DNA of 49,795 nt from Patescibacteria group bacterium (GTDB lineage: Bacteria > Patescibacteriota > Microgenomatia > UBA8517), in NCBI GenBank assembly GCA_038062745.1, contig JBBTWO010000019.1, positions 1-49,795 on the forward strand, written 5' to 3'. Both the position numbers and the translations under genes were made by a program. Within the stretch, counting starts at the first letter, position 1; each line of letters opens with the position of its first letter. The notes beneath the pieces were generated by a model. That model was not told the origin of the DNA. It saw only the letters and a list, made by a program, of their open reading frames with translations, and did not search any database. Below are positions 27,115-39,015 of the stretch, piece after piece.

Positions 27115-27224
27115 AATATTAGACATTTTTAGCTTCAAATGTCTAATATTTGTACTATATTAATTAAGACATTTTTCACGATCAATGTCAACCGTGGATT
27201 AGACTGTTGATTGACGGTAATGTC
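27115..27224. promoter_or_regulatory. operator-like inverted repeats in the divergent promoter region
   Basis: Perfect AATATTAGACATTT-N8-AAATGTCTAATATT (27115-27150); second GACA-N14-TGTC (27168-27189); weaker GACT-N15-TGTC (27202-27224). Confidence 0.6.
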
Positions 27225-27242
27225 AGAAAGATTTAACATTAA

Positions 27243-28037
<795 letters not shown>

Positions 28038-28041
28038 TTTT

Positions 28042-29763
28042 ATGTTCAACTTTTTTTCTCTATTTAAAAAAAACTACAACTTTAAAAATGTAGGCATAAA
28101 CCCGGTAGTCCTTTTGGTTCTAGATGGTTGGGGATTAGCTCCAGCTTCTGCAGGCAACCCAATACCCATGGCCAAGACACCCAACATGAATTCTTTGATG
28201 GGGCAATATCCCCACACTGAACTAATTGCCTCTGGTGAATCAGTTGGTCTGCCGGCAAACGAAGTAGGCAACACTGAAGTAGGCCACTTAAATTTAGGAG
28301 CAGGTAGAACCATCTATCAGGATTTGAAACGCATCAATATTGCAATTGAAAACGGCAGATTTTTTGATAATGAAGCTTTTGTAAATGCAGTCAAACATGT
28401 CAAACAAAATGCATCAAACCTACACATAATAGGTCTTGTTTCCTCGGGTAACGTCCATTCTTCACTGAGTCACTTTTTTGCTTTGCATAAATTTTGTCAA
28501 AAATATGCCATTAAAAATCTTTACCTGCATTTGTTTACCGATGGTCGTGATGCGCCACCAAAAGAGGCGCTTGATATTGTCGGCAAGATTGAGGGGGAAT
28601 TAAAAACTTCTGGATTTGGAACTATCGCCAGCGTTAGTGGCAGATATTATGCCATGGATCGTGACAGGCGATGGGATCGCACTAAATTGGCATACGAGGC
28701 TATTGTTTCAGGTCTTGGTCCAACAGCTTCTTCAGCACTTGATGCCATTAAAGGCTCATATGATAACGGTAAAACTGACGAGTTTGTTGTTCCAACTGTA
28801 ATAACAAAAGATGGTAAGCCAGTTGCAACTTTAAATGATAATGATGCAGCCATCTTTTTTAACTTCAGAATTGACCGGCCAAGACAATTAACCATGGCAA
28901 TTACCGCTTCGGACTTTAAGCAAATTGCTTCTTCCTGGGAATTCGATCCATATGCAGTTAAATATGACTTTAAAGAAGGCAGGGATGAGAAGAAATTGGT
29001 TCTGGCCGATCCTTTTGATAGGCAAAAGATTGTCAAAAATCTGTTTTTTGTCACCATGACTGAATATCAAAAAAGTTTGACCGTATCAGCGATTGCCTTT
29101 CCACCAGAAATTGTTGACCAAAGCCTACCCCAGATACTTTCTGACAAGGGCGTCAAGCAAATGCATATGTCAGAAAGTGAAAAGGAGCGATTTGTGACTT
29201 ATTATTTTAATGGTCTGCGGGAAGGATTATTGCCCAATGAAGAGAAACTCATTGTCCCGTCTCCCAAAGTTGCTACCTATGACAAAAACCCTCAAATGAG
29301 TGTGTTTGCCTTAGTTGAGAAGTTTAAGGAAACCATTTCAAAAAATATTTACAAGTTTTTCATTGTAAATTTTGCTAACCCCGACATGGTGGCGCACACT
29401 GGCAATTTGGCTGCCACAATTGCCGCTTTGCAAGCCACAGATATGGCAGTTGGGGAGGTAGTTAAAGCAGTTTTGGGAGTTGGGGGAACACTGTTGATTA
29501 CTGCAGACCATGGAAATGCAGAGGAACTATTAACATTTGAAAATACATCCTACTTTTTCACTTCTGCTAAGGGGACCATTAATACTGATCATTCAAACAA
29601 TCCAGTTCCATTAATTATTGTTGCCAAAGACTTGCAAGGCAAGAATATTGGTTTACCCAAAGGGACACTTGCAGATATAGCCCCTACAATACTAAACTTA
29701 ATGGGAATAGCTATTCCTGAAAAAATGACGGGAAGAGATTTATTGCAAGCTTTAAAAATATGA
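28042..29763 (+). CDS. gpmI: 2,3-bisphosphoglycerate-independent phosphoglycerate mutase (divergent)
   Basis: LVLDGWG, GNTEVGHLNLGAGR, FTDGRD, GRYYAMDRD.RW, NFRIDR, NPDMVAHTG, TADHGNAE, LADIAPT. Confidence 0.9.
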   Translation: MFNFFSLFKKNYNFKNVGINPVVLLVLDGWGLAPASAGNPIPMAKTPNMNSLMGQYPHTELIASGESVGLPANEVGNTEVGHLNLGAGRTIYQDLKRINIAIENGRFFDNEAFVNAVKHVKQNASNLHIIGLVSSGNVHSSLSHFFALHKFCQKYAIKNLYLHLFTDGRDAPPKEALDIVGKIEGELKTSGFGTIASVSGRYYAMDRDRRWDRTKLAYEAIVSGLGPTASSALDAIKGSYDNGKTDEFVVPTVITKDGKPVATLNDNDAAIFFNFRIDRPRQLTMAITASDFKQIASSWEFDPYAVKYDFKEGRDEKKLVLADPFDRQKIVKNLFFVTMTEYQKSLTVSAIAFPPEIVDQSLPQILSDKGVKQMHMSESEKERFVTYYFNGLREGLLPNEEKLIVPSPKVATYDKNPQMSVFALVEKFKETISKNIYKFFIVNFANPDMVAHTGNLAATIAALQATDMAVGEVVKAVLGVGGTLLITADHGNAEELLTFENTSYFFTSAKGTINTDHSNNPVPLIIVAKDLQGKNIGLPKGTLADIAPTILNLMGIAIPEKMTGRDLLQALKI

Positions 29764-30335
29764 CCAATCTGGCCTTTATCTATATTTTACTATTTTTAAT
29801 TAGCTGCTTTGGGATATATAAATATTTTTGCCTTAGGTCGGTATACCTATCCCTCAAGGCAAAAGAAAACAAATTGAAAGATGCTGATTATGTCAGACGA
29901 AGGGCTGAAAAAATCCTCGAGAATGCCAAAAACAAATATGAACAAGTAATTGAAGAGTCCTACAAGAAAGCTCAAGTAATCATTAAAGACGCCAAGGTTT
30001 TTAATGATGACACCAAGCAACAGGTTTTGGCAGAACTTGGCAAGTCTATTCAAACAATAACTGCCGAAATCAAACAAGAAACGCTGGAGGAAGTGGAAGT
30101 ACAAAAGCAAGCTACCCAAAGACTGGTTGAATCAGATTATGACCAAGTTAAAGTTGATGTAGAGCGATATAAAAAGGAACAGTTTGCAGCAATAGATAAG
30201 CAGGTTGCTGATAAAGTTGCAATGTTAGTTAACCAAATTACCAAAGAAGTATTGGGTCATGGCATTGCCATTAAGGATCAGGAAGAGTTAGTCATCAAAT
30301 CACTAGAAAATGCAAGAAAACAATCCATTCTCTAA
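29760..30335 (+). CDS. atpF: ATP synthase subunit b-like protein
   Basis: Single N-terminal TM, long charged coiled coil, C-terminal ITKEVLG..I...DQEELV; lies before delta. Confidence 0.65.
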   Translation: MTNLAFIYILLFLISCFGIYKYFCLRSVYLSLKAKENKLKDADYVRRRAEKILENAKNKYEQVIEESYKKAQVIIKDAKVFNDDTKQQVLAELGKSIQTITAEIKQETLEEVEVQKQATQRLVESDYDQVKVDVERYKKEQFAAIDKQVADKVAMLVNQITKEVLGHGIAIKDQEELVIKSLENARKQSIL

Positions 30336-30759
30336 TATTGTCTCGCAAATCCAATCCAGAGATGACCAAAATTTACTACTGGATGAATTGTCGGCTCTCA
30401 AAAACAGTCTTTTTCAGATTAAGCAAAATACTTTTGACCAAGTTTTAACAACCAAAGTCAGACAAAAAATATCGGCAGAGTTGGAAAAAATTCTAACTGC
30501 CAGCAGCGATAGGGCTGGCTTGCTTGACCAGCTGACAAAGCAAGTTCAAGACTTAAAAACACTTGATTTAACCCTCTCGTTTGAGCCAACTGTCGAAACA
30601 CGGCAAAAAATATTCACTTGGGTAAAGACAAATATGGGTGAGGGTGTGGTAATTAACTTAAAATTTGACCCTACAATTATTGGTGGAGCCCAAATTGCCT
30701 TTAACGGCAAGTATGTTGATTTAAGTTTAAAAAAGATAATAGATACAATAAAAAGATGA
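30310..30759 (+). CDS. atpH: ATP synthase subunit delta-like protein
   Basis: C-terminal FDPTIIGGAQIAFNGKYVDLSL matches the delta/OSCP motif. Confidence 0.8.
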   Translation: MQENNPFSNIVSQIQSRDDQNLLLDELSALKNSLFQIKQNTFDQVLTTKVRQKISAELEKILTASSDRAGLLDQLTKQVQDLKTLDLTLSFEPTVETRQKIFTWVKTNMGEGVVINLKFDPTIIGGAQIAFNGKYVDLSLKKIIDTIKR

Positions 30760-32232
30760 AAGACTACAAAACTTATTTAGATACTATTGGTGAGATAGGG
30801 GTAGTGGAGGAGATTATCCACGCCATTATTCATGTAAAGGGCCTTCCAGGAACCCAGACACACGAAATAATTGTTTTTGAGGATGGCCAAGTTGGCTATG
30901 CCTTGAGCTTAGCCGAAAACTTTGTAGAAGTTTTGCTTTTGTCGCAAGATGGTATTAAGGTTGGCTCGGCGGCAACCAGAACAAATGAATTTTTGGAAGT
31001 TGAAGTGGGAGATTTTTTACTTGGTAAAAATATTGACCCCTTGGGTGCAAGCAATGATGGGCCAGTTAACCCCACTAATGCTGCCAGCGAGAAACGCAGA
31101 ATTGATATTTCTCCCCCAGGAATACTGGAGCGCGAAGTAATCAATGAAGCACTGGAAACGGGAATTACTTTGGTTGATTTAACAATTCCTCTTGGAAAGG
31201 GTCAGCGGGAATTGGTCATTGGCGACCGCAAAACTGGTAAAACAGCCTTTTTGGAATCACTTGTTGTCCACCAGGCCAGACGGGGGACAGTGTGTATTTA
31301 TGCAACCATGGGCAGGCGAGCTCAGGAAGTAAAACGCTTTGAGCAGTATTTAAGAAATAAAAAAGTTATTGATAATGTCGTAATTGTTTCCACCACTTCT
31401 CCCGAAGCTGCAGGCCTCATTTTTATTACGCCGTACACCGCCATGACTATTGCTGAGTACTTTAGAGATAAGGGAAAGGATGTGTTGGTTATTTTTGATG
31501 ATCTAACCAGTCACGCCAAGTATTATCGGGAGATTTCTTTACTTGCCAGACGATTTCCTGGTAGAAGCTCATATCCAGGGGACATTTTCTACATTCATGC
31601 CAGACTGCTGGAGCGGGGAGGTAAATTTAAAAAAGGCTCAATCACTTGTCTGCCAATTGCCGAGTCAGTTTTAGGAGATTTGTCAGGCTATATTCAAACC
31701 AATCTTATGGCTATGACCGATGGCCACATCTTTTTTGATAGTGATTTCTACAACCAGGGTCGCCGGCCTGCCATCAACCCCTTTTTATCAGTAACCCGTG
31801 TGGGTAGACAAGCACAAACCGATTTGGTAAGAGACTTAAGCCGCGAGATAAGTTCATTCATGGTCTATTACCGAAAGATGCAGGAGTTTATCCATTTTGG
31901 AGCGGAATTAAATGAGCAAGTCCGCCAAACCTTGGCTATGGGGGATCGACTAGTTGCTTTCTTTGATCAGCCATCGGGTGGAGGCATGGGTATAAATATC
32001 AGTATCATTCTAACAGGTTTCCTGTGGGCAAATTTTTGGCGAGATGAAGAAATTCCAACTATGAAAGCCCAAGTTATCAAGTTTTATGATTACTACCACG
32101 CCAATGCTGATTATGCCAAAAAGACGGATCAAATAATTGCCCAGTCACCAGATTTTCAAACCTTGGTAAATACCGTTAAAACTCAAAAAGAATTCTTCAT
32201 GGAATTTTTGTTTGCGAAAGGGGCAAAAGAAA

Positions 32233-32240
<8 letters not shown>
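30756..32240 (+). CDS. atpA: F1-type ATPase subunit alpha (divergent)
   Basis: PLGKGQRELVIGDRKTGKT, DDLTSHA..YREISLL..R.PGR..YPGDIFY.H.RLLER, SVTRVG arginine finger. Confidence 0.92.
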
Positions 32241-34797
<2,557 letters not shown>

Positions 34798-34877
34798 ACA
34801 CAAATACAATTGTTTTAGCTTCAAAATATGGACATTTGAATAAGTGTCCAACTACCACTCTTGTCGGGATACTGGCC

Positions 34878-34906
34878 TTGACACGCCATTTTAGTTATGT
34901 TATCCT
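34878..34906 (+). promoter_or_regulatory. sigma70-like promoter of the AbiE-like pair
   Basis: TTGACA-17 nt-TATCCT with ATG 8 nt downstream. Confidence 0.6.
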
Positions 34907-34914
34907 GTACATAT

Positions 34915-35409
34915 ATGACCAAGATAAGTAAACTAAATTTATTGTTAAAGTCCAATCAAAAGCTCTTTCATACACAGGATCTTGCACTTTTATGGGGAAT
35001 AACAAATAGGGGAACACTATACACAAGTATTAAAAGATTAGTTAAAAACGGTGTACTAATCTCAATCATAAAAGGTTTGTATTCAACAGTACCAGTTAAT
35101 GAAATCAATAAATTTCAATTAGGGACTGCACTAATCCATAAGTTTTGTTATGTAAGTTGTGAAACTGTATTGGCCATAGAAGGCGTAATTAATCAAACGG
35201 TATACCCGATAACTTTTGTTTCATCAATATCACTTAAAATTGAATACAATGGTACAGTATATCTATACAGAAAACTTAAACCTGAAATTTTACTTCGTCC
35301 TGATGGGGTAGAAAAACAAGATGGTTATTTTATAGCTACAAAGACAAGGGCAATTTCTGATATGCTTTATTTGAACCCTAAGTATTATTTTGATAATTTA
35401 AAAAAATGA
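34915..35409 (+). CDS. AbiEi-like antitoxin (type IV TA)
   Basis: N-terminal wHTH ending IIKGLY, YVSCETVLA..GVINQ, IATKTRAISD; ATGA-coupled to the toxin. Confidence 0.8.
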   Translation: MTKISKLNLLLKSNQKLFHTQDLALLWGITNRGTLYTSIKRLVKNGVLISIIKGLYSTVPVNEINKFQLGTALIHKFCYVSCETVLAIEGVINQTVYPITFVSSISLKIEYNGTVYLYRKLKPEILLRPDGVEKQDGYFIATKTRAISDMLYLNPKYYFDNLKK

Positions 35410-36128
35410 TATCACTAAGAGAAGAAGATATATTACATAAATTTCAGCTTTTAAGGCTTTTGACGGCAGTAGTAGATAATCCAATCCTTTCGCAAAATCT
35501 TTATTTCAAGGGTGGAACCTGTGCCACAATGGCTGGATTTCTGGATAGGTTTTCAGTTGATTTAGATTTTGATTTAAAAGAAGGTGGAGATAAAATCAGC
35601 CTAAGAAAGCAACTGGAAGAAGTTTTTAAAAATACTGACTTTATGATTGAAAACGATAATTCTAAAACATTATTTTTCGTTTTAAAGTACCAAACACCCA
35701 AGAAACAGAGAAACACACTCAAATTAAGTGTGTATGAAAATGTAATTAAATCAAATGAATATAAGGCTATTCATCTACTTGAAATTGATAGATTAGTAAA
35801 CTGTCAAACAATTGAAACAATGTTTGCTAATAAGCTTGTTGCTCCAATTGATAGATATGAAAAGCACGAAAAAATTGCAGGACGTGATATTTATGATATT
35901 CATTTCTTTTTCAAGGCAGGGTATAAATTTAGAAACGAAGTTATAGAAGAGAGGACGGGATTAAAAATCAAGGAATATATCAAAAAATTAATTACATTTA
36001 TTGATGAAGAAGTTACGCAAACTTTGTTAACTGAAGATCTAAACACACTACTTCCATATGATAAATTTATAAAAATTAGAAAAAGCTTAAAACCAGAGAC
36101 ATTAATCTTCCTTAGAAGCTCAATTTAA
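35406..36128 (+). CDS. AbiEii-family nucleotidyltransferase toxin
   Basis: LYFKGGT....LDRFSVDLDF, ANKL.A, GRDIYDI. Confidence 0.9.
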   Translation: MISLREEDILHKFQLLRLLTAVVDNPILSQNLYFKGGTCATMAGFLDRFSVDLDFDLKEGGDKISLRKQLEEVFKNTDFMIENDNSKTLFFVLKYQTPKKQRNTLKLSVYENVIKSNEYKAIHLLEIDRLVNCQTIETMFANKLVAPIDRYEKHEKIAGRDIYDIHFFFKAGYKFRNEVIEERTGLKIKEYIKKLITFIDEEVTQTLLTEDLNTLLPYDKFIKIRKSLKPETLIFLRSSI

Positions 36129-36133
36129 CTTTG

Positions 36134-36205
36134 TCGGAGTGCTGGGAATTGAACCCAGTGTCTCTGTGTCCCGAACACAGCGTGATGCCGATTCACTACA
36201 CTCCG
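36134..36205 (-). tRNA. tRNA-Pro(CGG)
   Basis: Reverse complement folds: acceptor CGGAGTG/CACTCCG, anticodon arm CTGTG-TTCGGGA-CACAG, T arm CTGGG-TTCAATT-CCCAG; CCA not encoded. Confidence 0.93.
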
Positions 36206-36240
36206 GATATCATGATTATACCAATATTAGAGGAGATAAG

Positions 36241-36278
36241 TTGACAATAGTATATAGTGAAGTATATACTATGTACTA
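36241..36278 (+). promoter_or_regulatory. promoter with overlapping inverted-repeat operator
   Basis: TTGACA-18-TATACT; TAGTATATAGT (36248) and ACTATGTACTA (36268) inverted repeat; precedes an HTH protein. Confidence 0.55.
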
Positions 36279-37267
36279 TGATTACTGATACAAAATTGAG
36301 GCTACTGGAATATATTGAAACTCATGGACGGGCAAGACCCCATGAGCTGACCTCGTATCTAGGAATAGGCTCGGTGGCTGTACATAGACAGCTGAAGGCA
36401 TTGATTGATGTTGGAAAAATATCCAAAACTGGTAAGCCTCCTACTGTTTTCTATGTTCTAACTGATAAAAAAGTAAATTCAGGCTTAATTTTTGAAGACG
36501 GTAAAACTCAACAGGAAATTGAAAAAACATATCTCTATATTTCTCCGGAAGGGGAGATGAAGTTTGGATTTAGTGGTTTCGCTGCTTGGGCAGTAAGGGT
36601 AGGTATGGAAAAAAATATTTCAGGTTTGGCTATGGAGTATATAAAAATACGACACGAAGCCGACAAATTCATCAACAAGGATGGGTTAATAGATGCAACT
36701 GAAAAGATGAAGAATACTTTTAACAATGTTTGGGTTGACAAAACATTCTATAAGGATTTTTATTCATTGCAAAAATTTGGCAAAACGAAATTGGGACAAC
36801 TTGTCTTGTATTCTAAATTGGCACAAAGAACGGAATTGATTCAGCAAATTGCAAGAATGACTAAAAAAGAAATAGATAATTTAATTGCAAGATATGACAT
36901 CGAAGCTGTAGGGTTCTTGCCACACAGCATACCTAGGAAGATTCAATTCTTGAAAGTGTTTTCTAAGGCACTAAATATAAGACTACCAGAAATAAAATTA
37001 GTTAAAGCCTATGCAGGTTCGATTCCAGTTGCCCAGAAATCTCTTTCCAAACTCGAAGAAAGAATTGAAAATGCAAGTAAAACAATCGAGATAAAAGAAT
37101 TGCAAAATAGATACAACAATATCTTGATAATTGATGATGCTGTTGGGTCGGGTGCAACTTTGAATGAGACGGCTAAAAAACTTAAACAAGCAAATATAGC
37201 TAAAAATGTGTATGGATTTGCCATTGTGGGGAGTATGAAAGGTTTTGAAGTAATAAAAGAAGTATAA
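36278..37267 (+). CDS. winged-HTH plus phosphoribosyltransferase (ComF-like) domain protein
   Basis: N-terminal wHTH (ELTSYLGI...VHRQLKAL...GKI); ILIIDDAVGSGATL PRPP-binding loop; QKSL..LEER.EN. Confidence 0.8.
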   Translation: MITDTKLRLLEYIETHGRARPHELTSYLGIGSVAVHRQLKALIDVGKISKTGKPPTVFYVLTDKKVNSGLIFEDGKTQQEIEKTYLYISPEGEMKFGFSGFAAWAVRVGMEKNISGLAMEYIKIRHEADKFINKDGLIDATEKMKNTFNNVWVDKTFYKDFYSLQKFGKTKLGQLVLYSKLAQRTELIQQIARMTKKEIDNLIARYDIEAVGFLPHSIPRKIQFLKVFSKALNIRLPEIKLVKAYAGSIPVAQKSLSKLEERIENASKTIEIKELQNRYNNILIIDDAVGSGATLNETAKKLKQANIAKNVYGFAIVGSMKGFEVIKEV

Positions 37268-37269
37268 AA

Positions 37270-37956
37270 ATGATTGGAGATTTGTACATTGTTGCCACGC
37301 CAATAGGGAATTTAGGAGATTTTACCATTAGAGCTGTTGAGACACTCAAGTTTGTTGATCTTATTTTATGTGAAGATACCAGAAAAACCAGTGTGCTTTT
37401 GAGGCATTACGAAATAGATCGACCTACTTTGAGCTATCATCAGCAAAGTACAGATGACAAAAAAGCTCACATACTGTCAAAGCTAATGGAAGGGAAAAAT
37501 ATTGCCTTAGTTACTGATGCTGGAACCCCAGGAGTAGCTGACCCAGGCAATGAACTCATTGCATATTTGCTTTACCACTTGCCAGACCTAAAAATAATTC
37601 CAATTCCTGGAGCATCAAGTCTAACTGCTGCCTTGTCAATTTCCGGCATGAATGTTAGTAAGTTTACATTTATTGGATTCTTGCCAAAGAAGGGCAAAGA
37701 CAAAATGTTTTTGAAACTGCTGGAGCAGAAAATTCCAATAGTTTTTTATGAATCACCCAACAGGATAATTAAAACGCTTGATTGGTTAATAAAATTAGTA
37801 GGTCAAGACAAACAAATCTTCATTGGTCAGGAATTAACAAAGATGTATGAGCGAATACTGCGAGGAAATCTATTAGAAGTGAAAGAAAAATTAATGATAG
37901 AACAAAACTCCCAAGCCGGGAGAGTAAGAGGTGAGTTAGTTGTTATTATTTCTTAG
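37270..37956 (+). CDS. rsmI: 16S rRNA (cytidine1402-2'-O)-methyltransferase
   Basis: LYIVATPIGNLGD, CEDTR, DAGTPGVADPG, IPGAS, FYESP.R, ELTK..E, RGE. Confidence 0.95.
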   Translation: MIGDLYIVATPIGNLGDFTIRAVETLKFVDLILCEDTRKTSVLLRHYEIDRPTLSYHQQSTDDKKAHILSKLMEGKNIALVTDAGTPGVADPGNELIAYLLYHLPDLKIIPIPGASSLTAALSISGMNVSKFTFIGFLPKKGKDKMFLKLLEQKIPIVFYESPNRIIKTLDWLIKLVGQDKQIFIGQELTKMYERILRGNLLEVKEKLMIEQNSQAGRVRGELVVIIS

Positions 37957-38234
37957 TTTTTTTTGGTATAAACTTGCATGTGAGTACCTATATCTAAAAA
38001 CCTCACAACATTTTTACTTTCTAATTCATAAACAACCCTAACATCATCTGTAATACTAAAAGCAAATTTTCCCACTAGTCTCCTTTTCAATTTATGATTT
38101 CTTAAACGAGTATCTTCTGGATTTTTCCTAAAAAGAGATATTTTTTCTTGTACAAGTATGCCCAAATCCCAGTCGGTTTCAAAAATATTCTCCAAGCGTC
38201 TCTCGAATAATCCTGTAGTTTTAACTTTTAGCAC
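37953..38234 (-). CDS. RelE/YafQ-family mRNA interferase toxin
   Basis: LRNHKL, FSIT.D.R.VY, FLDIGTH..VY. Confidence 0.88.
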   Translation of the reverse strand: MLKVKTTGLFERRLENIFETDWDLGILVQEKISLFRKNPEDTRLRNHKLKRRLVGKFAFSITDDVRVVYELESKNVVRFLDIGTHMQVYTKKN

Positions 38235-38508
38235 TGTTATTCTTTACTCTTTGACGTATTTTTTCAAAATATTTTTCTAGATCTTCTTCTGTCTCTATTA
38301 ATATACCAGTATCAGGACCTTTTGCAGCCTTTAAAACTCCATCTTCAAATTCTTTTGTGAATCCATTTATAGTTAATTCAGGATAGACTGTTTTTCTCAG
38401 AGAGTGTCTGATTAATTCACTAATAGAGGAATAGCTGTGTTTTTGAACCGTTTTTTTAGCATCCTCATACAAGCTTCTGGGAAGGGATATATTTATAGTC
38501 ATGTTCAT
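38221..38508 (-). CDS. ribbon-helix-helix antitoxin
   Basis: TINISLP..LY....YSSISELIR.SLR; directly upstream of the toxin; promoter TTGACT-17-TACAAT. Confidence 0.85.
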   Translation of the reverse strand: MNMTINISLPRSLYEDAKKTVQKHSYSSISELIRHSLRKTVYPELTINGFTKEFEDGVLKAAKGPDTGILIETEEDLEKYFEKIRQRVKNNSAKS

Positions 38509-38608
38509 ACAATGATTGTATGTTATCAATACAAAAAAGTCAAGTGTATGTATAGTCTTAAGTTCGCGAGAGGATTAAATAATGTTTGACAGTGTTGACA
38601 AAATAATT

Positions 38609-38974
38609 TTATTCGTCTGAGCCTTCAGGTTTTAGGGAAGCAACTAGAGAAGCAACATAACCATAACCCAGACACTCTATGTACCCAGCTATTTTAGTTT
38701 GAGCCTCATGTGTGATTCTTGCTAGTTCAAGATCCTCCTGCTCCATCAATTTTGCCAATCGAGAATGATCACCATCTGAGTTGTATGTCCAATTTCCATC
38801 TTCTTGTGGTATTAATAGGCCACGATCAATAAATCCTTGAACTAACTCTTTACTTTCTTTTAAGCCCAAACCATACATTTCTTTTATTCCCTTAATAAGT
38901 AAAATCATCCCTGGACCTGGAAGCTCTGTGTCAGGAGTGGAAATGTGGTGATAAAAGTCAATCTCTGTATTCAT
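38609..38974 (-). CDS. hypothetical protein with an L7/L12 C-terminal-like motif
   Basis: LIKGIKEMYGLGLKESKELV. Confidence 0.55.
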   Translation of the reverse strand: MNTEIDFYHHISTPDTELPGPGMILLIKGIKEMYGLGLKESKELVQGFIDRGLLIPQEDGNWTYNSDGDHSRLAKLMEQEDLELARITHEAQTKIAGYIECLGYGYVASLVASLKPEGSDE

Positions 38975-39015
38975 GGTTGTATTAAAACATTGTCTTTTTT
39001 AAAAGTCAAACTTCT

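Noticed and set aside
38622-38640. CCTTCAGG as an eighth hairpin copy
   Set aside because: Only 8 bp match; no loop core or complementary arm.
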